Program-made: the position numbers and the translations under genes
Assembly (NCBI RefSeq): GCF_009914755.1
Contig: NC_060931.1
From: the human T2T-CHM13v2.0 reference genome, Homo sapiens
DNA: 64,000 nt
Direction: 5' to 3' (one strand)
In this document: positions 45,063 to 58,469 of the stretch, piece by piece
Layout: each line of letters opens with the position of its first letter
How positions within the stretch are numbered: the first letter of the stretch is position 1
Notes under the pieces: generated by a model
Seen by the model: only the letters and a program-made list of their open reading frames with translations
Told to the model about the DNA's origin: nothing
The model's database searches: none

Positions 45063-45633
45063 GTAACTTTCTGCAACTCATATTTGTAATTCCCTGTTAT
45101 GTATTGACATCCTTTTCATGTTATCCTGATACACTCAACTTTTATATAGCATCCCATTGTTTAAATGTGTCACTCTTTATCAATTACTATTGGTAAATAT
45201 TTGCTTTATATCCAATTTTTCACAGTGCACACTTTTAATGCTTTAAAAACTGCTGTCAATATCTCTATGCAAGTCTTCTTGTAAATATAGGGAAAATTTT
45301 CTCAAAGTTATAGGTTTAAAACTTTAAGCTTGAGTTCTGGGCTATCAGCATTTTCAACTTTACTAGATATTGCTTAAAGGACTAAATGGGAAAGTAGGCC
45401 CTATACATTATTGTGAGCAGTGAACATTGGTGCAGTCTTCATGATAATTTGGCAAAATATACCAAAACTGCAAATGTGTGTAACCTTTGGCTGGGAATTC
45501 TATGTCTGAAGACACATTTTAACAAAATACTTCCTCATGTATATATAAATGTGTTTTTAGAACATTATTAAATACAGCATTTTTCTAATAGTGAGTAATT
45601 AAAACAATAAAATTAGACATTCTTTGTATAACT

Positions 45634-46105
45634 TGCAGGGGTCTGTCCTGCAGACCCCTGCTGCACGACGGATGAGACACATACTCAGACATGGATATTC
45701 AGTGAAAGAGCAGGCCAGGGGGCTGCTGACACTCGGGGCTGAAGAGAGTTTGCAGCCCCTCCAAGCTGACAGCGCTTGCATTTATTTAGTGCAGATTTAA
45801 TCGACAAAGGCTTTAAGTCAACACACCTGTGGATAACTAACCTGGTTGCCCCCACCCCTGAGAGGGCCATCGTGCCCTCGAATGATAAAAGGTTGATTTT
45901 AGGACCACATGAGTAAACAAGCTATTTATATAAACTACTCTACATTCCTTTGTATCTGTGCCCTAAGCTCTCTGGCTCCTGAAAAGAGAATCTGGCTGCC
46001 TTCAGCCAAACTATCTGAAGTTATGCAAAATTCCCCAGCCTTCCAAGAAGGTTTGCTTCTTTCTATTCCTATAATTTCTTCTGCCACACTGGCTGATCTC
46101 CCACA
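45634..46105 (-). mobile_element. LTR22-like solo LTR (HERV-K HML-5)
   Basis: TG...CA ends, 472 bp; minus strand begins TGTGGGAGATCAGCCAGTGTGG..AAACCTTCTTGGAAGGCTGG..GGCTGAAGGCAGCCAGATTCTC; perfect 6-bp TSD ATAACT (45628-45633, 46106-46111). Confidence 0.82.
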
Positions 46106-48309
46106 ATAACTTTTTGTAATAAATACCATAGATAACATTAAAGTGGACAATCCCAGTTCCCTTATGCACCTATAAACACATGCTGAGTTGTTGAAGAAAA
46201 AAGACTGGATTTCAGGTCTGGTACTCTGTATAACATCAATAGTTTCTCTAGTTATCTCAGGCCTTTAGCTAAATGTCCAGTGTTTTAAGTCATCCTCTCT
46301 CTACCATATCTACTCAGGATGATATCTGGCATCTGTGGAACTTACTGTGACCTCTTAGAATGTAAGGGGATGGTGGATAGGGAGTTTTCAATAGGGTAGT
46401 TACTTTGGATGCCATTACTCCCCATAGTGAAGTCTCTACTGCATGTCCTGCTGGTAGAATTTAAAGTCCTGTGCTTCACATTTTTACAAAGACCAATTTC
46501 CTCTCTTGCTGTGGTGATCAGATGTCAATGCTCCTTGGCCCTGGAAAAACCTTCTGTTCTGTATGCTTTTCTTCCTCTGTCTCTCTTGTCCTAGACTGTA
46601 TATCTCATAGAATCTATTCCAAATCAATTTGCCTCTCTTTATGAAAGGCTTCACAGATCCCCACTGTCTCTCAGTACAGCTATTCTCAGTCATTGTCAGG
46701 GGGCTGTGGGAAGTATGGATCCCATACCTGCCCTGCAAAAACTGAGAACGTCTCAAAAATTTCAAGTGTGAGCTTTCTTCTGTCTAACTAGACAGCACCA
46801 TTGAATTTACTTTGATGTAATCACCCTCAGATTGCTAAAGGCATCATTTGAGACAATCCTCTTGCAAGGAATTAAATAAAGAACTCTTGGCACTTTTCTC
46901 AATTTATCTAAAACTCCTCTGACACTCCAGGTCAAAGTTCAAAGGAAGGGGATTGAGATCCAGGTGCTTTATTCCCTTCTTCCTCTGCTTCGTAGGATCT
47001 CCATTCTTCATTCCATAACCTCTGTGTCCTGGTAGGGTTCCATTTTCTCTTAATTTTTCTGCTCTCCCTTTGTCAATTTCTCTCATTCCCTGGCCATGAT
47101 AGGTGGCTGCACTATGCAAGACACCCTATAATCTCAGTCTTTATAATTAGATTCTTGATACAACAAATTTAGAATATTCTCTGTATATAATGCTTGGCTT
47201 TCAAAGTAGGTGTTTTATTGTAAAATTCTATTTTGGAAGTCAGAAGCTGAAAATTTTCTCATTGAATTCTTGCTGTAACAATTTATTCCACCACTACTCC
47301 CACATACACAGCACCAAGATGGACAGAAGGATGCCTTAAACTGACTGCAGAAAAAGAGCATGTATGATAAAAGGCAAATGAGAAAAGTATCTTAACATGT
47401 TTCCACATATTACATTCATTTCCTGTATATATGCATAACAGCGGGTTAAGTGGGACCTTCCCTATAGCCCTGGAATTGACTGCTATCATCAAAACTATGG
47501 ACGACATGGCTCTAATTACCTCACTTTCTTCATTTTCCAAAAAGAGACACCAATGAGTCAGAAACCTCTCTCGGAGTTTATTGAGGTGACTATGCTCTAT
47601 TACTGCAACCACCTTACTACCCTCTCCTCAATCCCCCTAATACCAGACTACACAGTGGAAGAATAAGGGAGAAAGAGCAAAACAAACAAAATTACTGGAG
47701 TTGGAAGAGTCATCAGAAGTGCAGGCTCCATGGGTAAGAGGGAATGTTTATCCCCTAAGCAAAGTCAATCAATTGTATCTCCTTCTTTCTGGTCCAGAGG
47801 TAGACAATGCTCCCATACAAATTGCAAGATATAGGAATGAAAAAGAGGGGTATTTGAGCAGATCACACATCTCTCCCTATGCGGTAAGGGAGTAGAGAAA
47901 AGGGAAAGAAGAGCAAAGCCTATTCTTCCCCAATGTCCTCTCTATCTAAAAATTGGTTAGAGATGGAGGCAAGAACGTGATTAAATAGGATATGAGATTA
48001 AAGTGTTCAACTACAGAGAAGAGTGGTCTACTTTTATTTTTGTTTTTCCTTCTCAATATTTAATTTTAATAATTGGAAATGACTAGAAAGTTTTGGAATC
48101 TACGCAAGTTTTTATTAAGAAACTTGGCAACATAGTCTAGTTGATTGTTAATAATAGCAGAAAAATTAAACATTTAACATACATACTCTACTAAGCTTGG
48201 ACTACTTCATGTCTAAATCTGCATAAAACATAAAAGACTAGAAGTAAGTATACCAACATATTAACAGATACTATTTCTTGCTAAAATTATGAGTGATAAT
48301 TGTTATCTT

Positions 48310-48585
48310 TTTTTTTATTATTTTTGAGCTGGAGTCTCACTCTGTCACCCAGGCTGGAGTGCAGTGGTGCAATCTCTGCCTCCTGGGTTCACGCCATTCT
48401 CCTGCCTGAGCCTCCCGAGTAGCTGGGACTACAGGCGCCCACCCCCACGCCCAGCTAATGTTTCATATTTTTAGTAGAGACAGGACAGTGTTAGCCAGGA
48501 TGGTCTTGATCTCCTGGCCTCGTGATCCACCCGCCTCGGCCTCCCAAAGTGCTAGGATTACAGGTGTGAGCCACCATGCCCAGCC
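48310..48585 (-). mobile_element. AluY-like element with two internal deletions
   Basis: Diagnostic GGGTTCACGCCATTCTCC and GTGTTAGCCAGGATGG; 15-bp TSD GATAATTG(T/C)TATCTT at 48295-48309 and 48586-48600. Confidence 0.9.
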
Positions 48586-49970
48586 GATAATTGCTATCTT
48601 ATCTGCCTTTGTGAATCTTATGTAAGTTCCACGACAAAATTTAAAAGTCAGAATAAAGCTCCACTATTTTAAAACGTACAAATGGACAAAAGTGTTTTGA
48701 GGGTTTCAAGAGTTATTTTTAGGGTATATTGCTTACGGCTTTGTCTTTCACTTAATTCTCAATATACGGAACAACAATAATCACAATTGTCATTATACAT
48801 TTAGAAATTAATATTTTCTGAACAAAGTGAAACAAAAGCCATAGGACTGATTAAAACTCCAGGTTATAGAGTAGAAAATTAAGAAGGGCTGCAACCCCTT
48901 TCCCTTCTGAGATCTGTGGGAGTTCCTTAATCTTTAAGGTAATCTACCTGAAGGGAAACCTGAAGCTCAATAGAGCTTCTGTGACTGCTGGGCACAATTG
49001 CACTTTCCTATCTCCCCAAACTCCCATCTCTTTCCCACTGCCTTCAAAGCTCTCCCCATCTTGGGCAGTCCTGCTGCCTATGAATAAATGACTCATGCCA
49101 CCCTCATGGCAGACAAAAGCCTCTAGTATCCCCTTTAGGAAGAAGATCATTAGGGCAATGTTTTCATGCAACTTGATTATTCCCTCAGATCAAAGTGCAT
49201 TTCTGTTTTCATAACCAAAGGGCTGTCCTTGATATTCTTACTATGGTGGACAGAAAATATGCAGTGAGGCCAGGAAAAATTTTTATAATTGTAATTCCAA
49301 GGATATTATTTCTTTAATTATTATTATTGGAAGTATAATTATTTTCTGGAATACTGTGTTTCCAGATGGATTATTCTTTATCAAATACTTTAATTTTTAG
49401 TTTATCAACTTTTTCACTTTTAGTAGGTCTTATTACTACCATGCAGGGGAAATAGGATGGAGAGGGAAACTAGATTAATGACTGAATTGTTTTATCTTAA
49501 ACCCCAAAATCCTTTAGGCAAAGTTATCAAAAGCGCAGGACCAAATTAATATGTAACTTATTTTTTTCTTCCTTATCTAATACCAATGTCTTTTTTTTTA
49601 GTCACTGTTATTCTATAATAGAAAATTCCGAATCAGTAAATGAAAAAGTAGATTCCTTGCTCCTAATCTTATGAAACATAATTAGATGTTAGAAAGAAAA
49701 TTCTCATATTATTTTTAAAAGATATAAAAGAGGAAAACACAATTTTGCTAGCATGAGTAGTTTTATTTATTGGGAGACATTTGTTGAATTAACCTCTTCT
49801 TTTAATGGACACAATAATTTTCAGTTGGATTATTAGATTGCTTTTGTATTAAGAAGTCCCTTTGAGTGGAGAAGAATTTAAAGTGACATTTTTTTTTCCG
49901 CCCAGTAATGACCCCAGTGCAGGGAAGAGCAAAGGAACAGAGACTATGTGTCATTCCTCCTCTCTCACTC

Positions 49971-50000
49971 CCTGAACACATTCCTGAACACATTCCTGAA
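49971..50000. repeat. 12-bp tandem repeat CCTGAACACATT x2.5
   Basis: Direct reading. Confidence 0.9.
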
Positions 50001-50100
50001 GGCCCTGTGGTTTATGATGCCCTCTGACATGTATGTCCAGGCTGCTCCACCTCTTGCTGAGTCAAACTTCAGGCACCTGCAGGGTTACAGAGTTAACACC

Positions 50101-50409
50101 TGCATTAGTCTGTTCTCTTACTGCTAATAAAGACATACCCAAGACTGGGTAATTTATAAGCCTCACAATCATGGCAGAAAGCAAAGGAGGAGCAAAGTTT
50201 TATGCCTTACATTGCAGCAGTCAAGAGAGTATGTGCAGGGGAACTCCTCTTTATCGGGTCTCATTTGACTTATTCACTATCATGAGAACAGCATAGGAAA
50301 AACCCATCCCCATAATTCAATTACCTCACACCAGGTCCCTCCCACAACATGTGGGGATTCTTACAATTCAAGGTGAGATTTGGGTAGGACACAGAGCCTA
50401 ACCATATCA
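50101..50409 (-). mobile_element. THE1 (THE1B/C-like) solo LTR with an internal deletion
   Basis: TGCATTAGTC...AACCATATCA, perfect TSD ACACC (50096-50100, 50410-50414); ~50 bp shorter than the copy at 28041. Confidence 0.9.
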
Positions 50410-51079
50410 ACACCTTAGTTTTAAGGAAAGATACAGAGATTATCACTTCATCAGAAGTGGAATCGACAACATCACATCTCAAAACACCAGCCCTGGAAGC
50501 CCAGAAGGGGAGAGACCTCTGAACCAACAGCTGCTCCCTACCTCTCTTGGTCATTCAAAATACTTGCTTAAGTTCTTTTCCCTCTACTTTAAACAAGCAT
50601 AACAAGACCACAGTCCAGTCCTGGAAGAATTTTCCTGGTTCCTGCTAAACATCCTTTCCTTCAAGCCAGGTTTATAATTGCAAACCCGAAGGCGTATTAT
50701 GGCAGGAGCATCTGTGTTTTCCTGATAAAGTACAATTTTTCATTTCCCTCGGATTTTATCATCCTTGGAGGTGGGAAAGTGCTGACAATGCAAGTTGATG
50801 ACTAGAGGTGCTGACTCTCTAAGTGCTATTTTTCAGAAGCAAAGAAGACAGAGGTCTAGGAATAAAAAATGTGATAAGGAAGAGCATATGGTCATGGCAA
50901 ATGATTTGGAGACTAGGGAAGGAAGGAAGGCTTCAAGATGAACCAATATATCCCTACCTAACTAAAGAGAAAGATGAACATGTTTTCCCATTGTGTCTAC
51001 ATTTCTAGGAAAGCCTTGGTGTTTACATCCATTTCTAAGTTGGAGTGCTGCATTGTTGCTACTACTACTATAAAGCATA

Positions 51080-51315
51080 AAATAATAGTAGCTTTCATTT
51101 ACAGAACGTTGATTGGTAGATCAGGCTCTTTACATGTATCATCTCAGTAATCTTCACCCATCACTATGATATAAGGATGACCCATTCCCTGTCTTCAAGA
51201 AATGGGCCCAGAAAGATTCAGTAACTTCCCAAAGACCAAAAAGCAAGTAAGTGACAGAGCTAGGATCCAACATTACAACTGTCTGAGTTCAAGTCCACTA
51301 TATGATGCTGCCCAG
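51080..51315 (-). mobile_element. MIR
   Basis: AGTAACTTCCCAAAGACC..AAGTAAGTGACAGAGCTAGGATCCAA is antisense MIR core. Confidence 0.65.
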
Positions 51316-52189
51316 GCTTAGTATCACCAATATCACCAAACATTATGTAATACTTTGTCCTTCAGGTTTCTGAAAGGCAAAAGAGAACGCAAACCAACTA
51401 ACAGACCTATCCTCTGTTTGAAACTTGCCACTATTGAATGAACATCAATGTCTTATTCATTTGTTATGGTCAAACCCCCTAAAGTGTGCCCTGCTTATGA
51501 CTATGGTAATTAAACCTTCAGTCAAGACTTGCAAACTTCATTTAACACAAAACCTCTTTGTCTGGCTATGGCTGAATTACAAAGAACTGCCAGACTTCAC
51601 TGTGATTTCTAACAGTTCAGTCAGTCCTCTAAAGTCAGTAGGAGTCTGAGTGTAAAAATCTCTCTCCTCCAAGATTTTAATAGTGGCATTGAAATTACAA
51701 CCCCAGGCAGAACCCACTCAAAGACATGAAAACCTGCTTCTCTTTCCCTGTGCTCTCTTTAACAAAAGAGATAAACCAAAGTAAAAACAAAAGAGTTTCA
51801 TCAAATCACGAGTGAATAAGCCAAGTAATTACTTTTTGGAGAGCAGGATATGGCAACTTGTAGGCACAATAGTCACATAATGTATTTTTCAAAGTGTAAA
51901 GTTCTAGGTTATGTCTATTCTTTAGGGGCATTTCAAGTTAAAAGCAAGTAGCAAATATTTTGAGCACTCATTATGTGCAAGATGCTGCACTGGTTTCAGT
52001 GAGAAACACAAAGCATAAAATTGTGTTTCCTCCTTCCTATATTTTTCATTTAGTTTTGAACTAATTGAAATAAACATTCCATTGATTTTACCCAAATAAG
52101 TCATTTTCATCAAAAAGTATTATTAAAATCCAAATTTAAGTGTATGTGTTAGAGCAAGAAAATAGAAATTGCTTCGTCTTTAATAGCTT

Positions 52190-53390
52190 TGAGACATGGG
52201 GGCAGGCAAAGATTTCTTAGATAGGACCCAGAAAACTTTAGCCAGAAAAGAAAAGAATAATAAATCAGACTTTATCAAAATTTAAAACTTTTGCCTATCA
52301 AAAGCACTATTAAGAAAATGGGTGAAAATATTTGCAAAACACATACCTGACCACAGGTTGAAACTACAAAGCATTCCCATAATTCAATAAAACAGACAAA
52401 CAATCCAGTAAAAAGTAGGCAAAATATTTTAACAGAGACTTCAAAAACGAATATACAAATGGCCAGTGATAACCTGCAAAAGGACTCAACATTGTTAATC
52501 ATCAGGGAAATGCAAATGAATACCACAATAAGATGACTACATACTCATTAAGACAAATAAAATGAAGAAGGGCTTGACAAGGCCAGGTGAGGATGTGGAC
52601 TAGCTGGAACTCTCCTCTATTTCTGGTAGGAATGTAAAATTGTATAAGTGCTTTAGAAATGGGAGACCTGGAGTTTCTTATAAAAGTAAGCATATATTTA
52701 GCCTATGACCCAGCCATCTCACTTTTACATTATTTCCCTAAGCGAAATAAAAATGTAAGCCCACAAAAAATTTGCACAAGAATGTTCATAGCAGCTTTAT
52801 AACAATAGCCTGACAGTAGAAATAACCCAGAAGTCCTTTAGTAGGAGAATGGATAAACTGTGTAATATTCATATCATGAAATACTATTTCTCAATAAAAA
52901 GATTGAAATATTGATAATGCAACATAAATAAATATCAAAACATGTTGAGTGAAAGAAAACTTACAAAAAAGAACATGTATTTATTTTCTCATTTACAGTA
53001 AGTTCTAGAGCTTAAGCCTAGTCTATAATGGAAACAAATAAGGACAGCAGTTGCCTCTGTGACAGTGGTAGAGGGGATTGACTGGGAAGGAGCATGAGAG
53101 AACTTTCTGGAATGATAGTAGTATTCTATATTTTGATAGTGGTTTGGGTTCTGCAGGTATATGTGTGTCAAAAATCAGGGAGTATGCACTTAAAATATGT
53201 TTTTCATTGTACATAGAATTTATCTTGAAATTAAAAGACTATAAACAAATTTGAATTCTAGCTAAAAGATATTCAGGCTGAAGTGTTTAATAGAAGGTAA
53301 ACTACTACCTTCAATTTACATTGAAATGCCCATAAGATGGGTTGAGGGTGAATACAGGGATGGATAGATAGGTAGATCTATGAAAAAGTA
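52190..53390 (+). mobile_element. Old L1 (L1MC/L1ME-type) 3' fragment
   Basis: AGGCAAAGATTTCTTAG..ATCAGGGAAATGCAAAT..AAGAATGTTCATAGCAGCTTTAT is ORF2 3' end, followed by an old 3'UTR. Confidence 0.75.
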
Positions 53391-53392
53391 TT

Positions 53393-53456
53393 ATGTGTAA
53401 TGAGGAAGGAATAATGTGTGTAATGAGAAGGGAAATGTGCATAATGAGAAAGGAAA
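53393..53456. repeat. Degenerate ~21-bp tandem repeat, 3 units (ATGTG..TAATGAGRARGGAA)
   Basis: Direct reading. Confidence 0.7.
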
Positions 53457-53547
53457 GAACGAGAAAACGTGGTCAAGAAATAACAGCCAGAAGCACATCA
53501 TTTCCTGTATATTTAATCTGTCTTATTCAATTGTTATACAGCCTTTG

Positions 53548-53620
53548 TCATGCATTCAACAGGTATTTAATAGTTTCTACTATGTAGCAGGCACTGTGCT
53601 AGATGAACAAGACACCCTGA
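53548..53620 (-). mobile_element. L2 3' end fragment
   Basis: CATTCAACAGGTATTTAATAGTTTCTACTATGTAGCAGGCACTGTGCTAG. Confidence 0.65.
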
Positions 53621-54774
53621 TTAATTTCAGTAAGTCTAGAGTACAGCGGCATTCATAGATTTAATATATACAAAAATTTTAATCTGTCACTATAACACAG
53701 TATTTTCCCAGTTTCTAAACTTGGAATTGTACTAGTACTTGGAGAATGGCCAACATTAACCAATAGTACCAATAGTACTATACTGTCAAAAGCAATTGAC
53801 TTTATGTTGGTATATCTAAAATTATAAATATACAATTATACTATAATTTATTATTATTAGGCAAAGAGGCAGGAAGCTTTTTTAATTGTGATTTTGATAG
53901 AGTAGTTGGTCTATTTATGGAGGTAATGTGAGAAATATCATGATAAAATCATAAAAATTAAGATATTTAGGTAACCTCATTTAATCCTACAGCTTCAACT
54001 AGTATCTATGACTCTTAAATGCATCTTTTTTGCTCAAAGCTCATTTCTAAGTTTCAGAGACTTGAACCTCATGCCCTATTAGACACTTATACCTCAAATA
54101 CTTCAAATTCAAAAGATTCAAAAATAAACTCAATATGTTCCCTCTAACAGCTGCTTTGCCTTGGTAATCCTTAGTTATCCATCAAAGTCCCAAACTAGAA
54201 ATGAGAAAGTTAACCTAAACTCCTTCTTTATACTTATTTACTATTATACCAATAATACCAGTCAATCTCCAGTGCTATTTATTTTGGCCTCTAAAAGTCT
54301 TTAGAAGTTTATTTTCTTATAATGAAAATATCATCTATCAAAATTTGGAAAATACAGAAAAACAGCAAGAAATGTAATCATTCATTGTAGTGGGTACAAT
54401 GCTGTGAGTTTCTGCTATTATTTCTGAATATAATGATTTATAGGAGGTTTCTTTTCTCACTTAGCAAAATATATTGTAAATAATTTAGTACCCTAGTACC
54501 CTACTTTTTAAAATGTAACATTATATCATCGCTTTCAGTCATGCATTTTGGTCTTTATAAACTCTATTTTCCAATGGCTACAAAATATATAATTATCTCA
54601 TGTTCCAACTATAACCAACTACATTCAAGTTCACATCTCTTTTTTTGCATTATTGTAAAAGTTATTTTAACAAGCCTTCTCTAAATTCTATAATCTACAA
54701 TGGGGTACATTTGGCATTGATATTTAAAAATGATTATGTTGCTTTCATTCTTAAAAACCTACAGTGGGACATGT

Positions 54775-54880
54775 GCATCTAACCAAGATGGAACAACAAG
54801 GACCTACTTTACTGTTCTGCTTGAAAAAAACTAAAAAACTGGAATAGGTATGTGTGTGTATATATATGTATGTGTATATA

Positions 54881-54914
<34 letters not shown>

Positions 54915-54951
54915 CCCATATGTGTGTATATATGGGTATATATATATACCC

Positions 54952-54998
<47 letters not shown>

Positions 54999-57972
54999 TA
55001 CCCATATGTGTATATATGGGTATATATATATACCCATATGTGTATATATATGTATGTGTATATATGTGTATATATATGTACATACACATATACTTATTGT
55101 AAAATATGTGTGTATTATATATACATTTCTAAGATATGTAAAACGTATTTTCAAACATTGGACATCAGACAATATAAGACAGTTATGCCAGAGATAGGAA
55201 AATCAGAATTAACCCTATGATTGCCTCCCTTTATTGCCTAAAGAGAGTTTCCAGGCTGTGGCACAGGATGGGGAAACCCAAGCAAAGCCTGGTGGTCTTA
55301 CAAAAGAAAGTAGAGGGAGCTGAGAGTTCAGGGAGGTCAGGGTAACTGAGGTTTACAGAGTGGAGTATTACAGAGGAGAGAGCTGCAAAGAGAGAGGACT
55401 CTGGATGTCTGTAGAGGAGCCTCCATGAGTAGTTAGTGTTGTTGTGTTCAGTGTATGCATAGAAAGAAACCATCCAAGGCTACGAAAAGAATGTCTGAAA
55501 GGATAAAAGGGGGAAAAATCTTGGGAGCACACCTAGATCTGGGAATAGTTATTGTTTCCATGAGCCGTAGTGGAGCAGGTAATAATTCACAGTGTATCAG
55601 GTAAAGCATTCCAAAGGATTTTGTCTCACTAGTAGAAAAAATAATAATGATAGAGTAAACATTAATCTGACCCTGTCTAACAAAGCAATACCCTAAAAAT
55701 CAAATGTGTTTATATAATTGAGTCATTACCCAGAACGAAGTTCAAGAGCATTTTTATAAGAAAAATTATCCAACACCCAAAATGGTAAAAAGTACAATGT
55801 ACATTGTCTAGTAATAAATTACCGAACATGAAAATAAACAAAAATATTTCCCGCATTGATAAAAACCAATAAATTAAAACATGCATTACAAAAATTATAC
55901 AAATTATAGGCAGGGACATTAAAATATTTAGTATAACTATATTCCATGTGTTCTAGAAAGTAAAAAAAAAAATGAACATATTAAGCAAAGAAAGCAAAGA
56001 AACAAAAGTATGAAAGATTCTCAAATCTAACTTCTAGAGAGGAAAACTGCAATGTCTCAGAAAAGAAAAACACTGAATGGGATTAAGAATAGATTAAAGA
56101 AAAAAACAAATAAATAATAAAAAGAAATCAATAATACTGAAAGGTGGTTCTTTGAAAAGATCAATAAAATTCATAAACTTTTAAACAGAATAATGAGTAA
56201 AACAGAGTAAATACAACAGTATTCAAAATTTGAGATGTGACATCACTATAGAGTCTACAGATATTAAAATAAGAAAATAATATAAACAAATACACACCAG
56301 AGAAAAATCAGTAACTTGAATAAAATAGACCAATTTATTTAAAGACACAAATTGCCAAAGTCCACTCAATAAGAAAAAAACAATCTAAATAGCCCTGTAA
56401 GTATTAAGAAAATGAATTTTTAGTTAAAACACTTCCCATAGGAAACTCCAGTCAGGATGGCTTCAGTGGTGGTGTCAAACAAACTTAGTCAACCAAACTT
56501 CTAAGGAAGATCAATTTTATACAAACAGAGAATTGAAGAGGAAATAATATTTTCCAATTTATTCTAAAAGGCCAACATTATCCTAATAGAAAAACTGGAC
56601 AAAGCTACTACAAGGAAAGAAAATTGCAAACCCAAACCTCTCATAAACATAGATCAAAAATTTAATATTTTAGCAATCCTACTTTTCCAACGTATGAAAA
56701 GTCAAATACATCATGATCAAATTGAATTTATCTTGGAAGAACAAGGCTAGTACAACATTTGAAAATAAACATATTTTACCATATCAACAAGTTAAAGGGG
56801 GAGAAAACATGACTATCTCTACAGATACGGAAGAAAACATTTGACAAAATCTTATGTCTATTCCTCATAAAAACCCTCAGGCAACTAGAAAAAGAAGAGA
56901 ACTTCCTCAACCTGATAAATGGCATCTTACACAGAATAGATCATACACCCTAGTGTTAAACTGGAAAACATAAAACTTCTGGAAAAAACACTGCAGAAAA
57001 ATTTTATGACCTTGGTTTAGGCAAAGACTTCTTAGATATAATATCAAAAGCACAATCCATAAAAGAAAATACTGATAAATTGAACTCAACATTATGTAAT
57101 TCTGCTCTAAATGACACTGTCAAGAGAAAGAAAAGTCACAAATTAGGAGAAAAAATTGCAAACACTTTTCTGATAATGGGCGTGTATCGAGAACATACAA
57201 ATAACTCTCTAAAATTAATAGGAAGAAAAAGAAAAGTAAATGAATTAAAGATCTGAATAGAAACTTCACCAAAGAAGATACATCAATGCCAAATAAACAC
57301 AGGAAAAGATTTTCAACATCACTAGTCATTAGGAAAATATAAATTAAACAAAAATAATATATCACTACACATTCACTAAAATAACTAAAATTTAAAAAGA
57401 CTGACTGTACCAAGTGTTGTGGGGGATTGTGGAGCAGCTTGAAGTCTCATACACTGCTGGAGAAACCATAAAACAAAACACTTTGGGACCGAGATTGACA
57501 TTTTCTTAAATCACAAGCATTTATCTATCATATTGCCCATCTGTTTCATTCCTAAGTATTTACCCAAGGGAAATGAAACCATATTTGCACATAAATACGT
57601 AAGAACATTCATAGCAGTTCTATTTACAATAGCAACAAACTGAAAACAACCCAAATGTCCATCAAGAGGTAAATGGATAAACAAACTCTGGTATATTCAT
57701 ACAATAGAATGTTATACAATATGGAGGCATATCAAAATACTCACATTGAGTGAAAAGCCAGATCACAAAAAAAAGTCTTAAAATTTCTTTTATATAAATT
57801 TCTGGAAAATGCAAACTAAGCCATAGTGAAGTGGATTATAGTGTGGCAAGAGAAGACTTTTGAGGGTGTTGAATATGTTCATTATCTTGATTGCAGTGAT
57901 GGTTTTATGGATATATAAATCTATTAAAATGTATCAAATTGTATATTTTTAAAATATGTGGTTTTATTATAC
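54775..57972 (+). mobile_element. Old L1M (L1MC/MD-type) with 5' end, internally deleted body and 3' end
   Basis: Starts CCAAGATGGAACAACAAGGACC; later ORF2 remnants GGTTCTTTGAAAAGATCAATAAAATT and AACAACCCAAATGTCCATCAA; old 3'UTR ends ~57970. Confidence 0.65.
54849..55125. repeat. Complex palindromic (TA)n/(TG)n array with CCCATAT/ATATGGG units
   Basis: Direct reading; see findings. Confidence 0.95.
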
Positions 57973-57974
57973 CT

Positions 57975-58136
57975 AATAATGATGTAGAAAAAGAGTTAGA
58001 GTGAGAAAGGAAAGAAGGAAATATGGAAGAAAGAGAAGGAGGGAGGATAGAGTGAAAGAAGAAAGAAAAAAAGGGAAGTAGGATGGAAGAGACAGTAGGG
58101 GAGAGAGGGAGAAGAGAGAGAGACAGACAGACAGAC
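57975..58136. repeat. GA-rich low-complexity tract
   Basis: Nearly pure purine on the + strand. Confidence 0.85.
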
Positions 58137-58469
58137 CCAAATGCCTCCCAAGAGCTTTCACAATAATACCTAAAATCTTTGAATCACATTTGTGCCCTTT
58201 CAGGAAATGGCCTCTGTCTTCCCGTTGTCTCACGTCTCACAATTCTCTAACTCCTATCTATTTTCAATTCCTTTCACCTCATATTCTGTATCCTAGTTCA
58301 CATTATCTCAAAGCTTGATATCCCCAGTGACCCCTGCAACTCCCATTGTCTTTGAGTGATCAGCGTTGGCTTTCCTTTCCCTGAGCTCCTATTCCCAGGC
58401 TGTTAATTGCTTCTCACAAATTCATAGCTCTGGCAAAACATTCTTCACACTATTTGGTCACTGTTGACT

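Noticed and set aside
46200-48200. Possible ancient LTR/ERV-internal or coding remnant
   Set aside because: Composition is suggestive but I could not recognise any diagnostic motif or protein similarity; needs a Dfam search
54751-55220. Six overlapping 82-122 aa ORFs rich in Y/I/C/V/H/T
   Set aside because: Artefact of the stop-free (TA)/(TG) array
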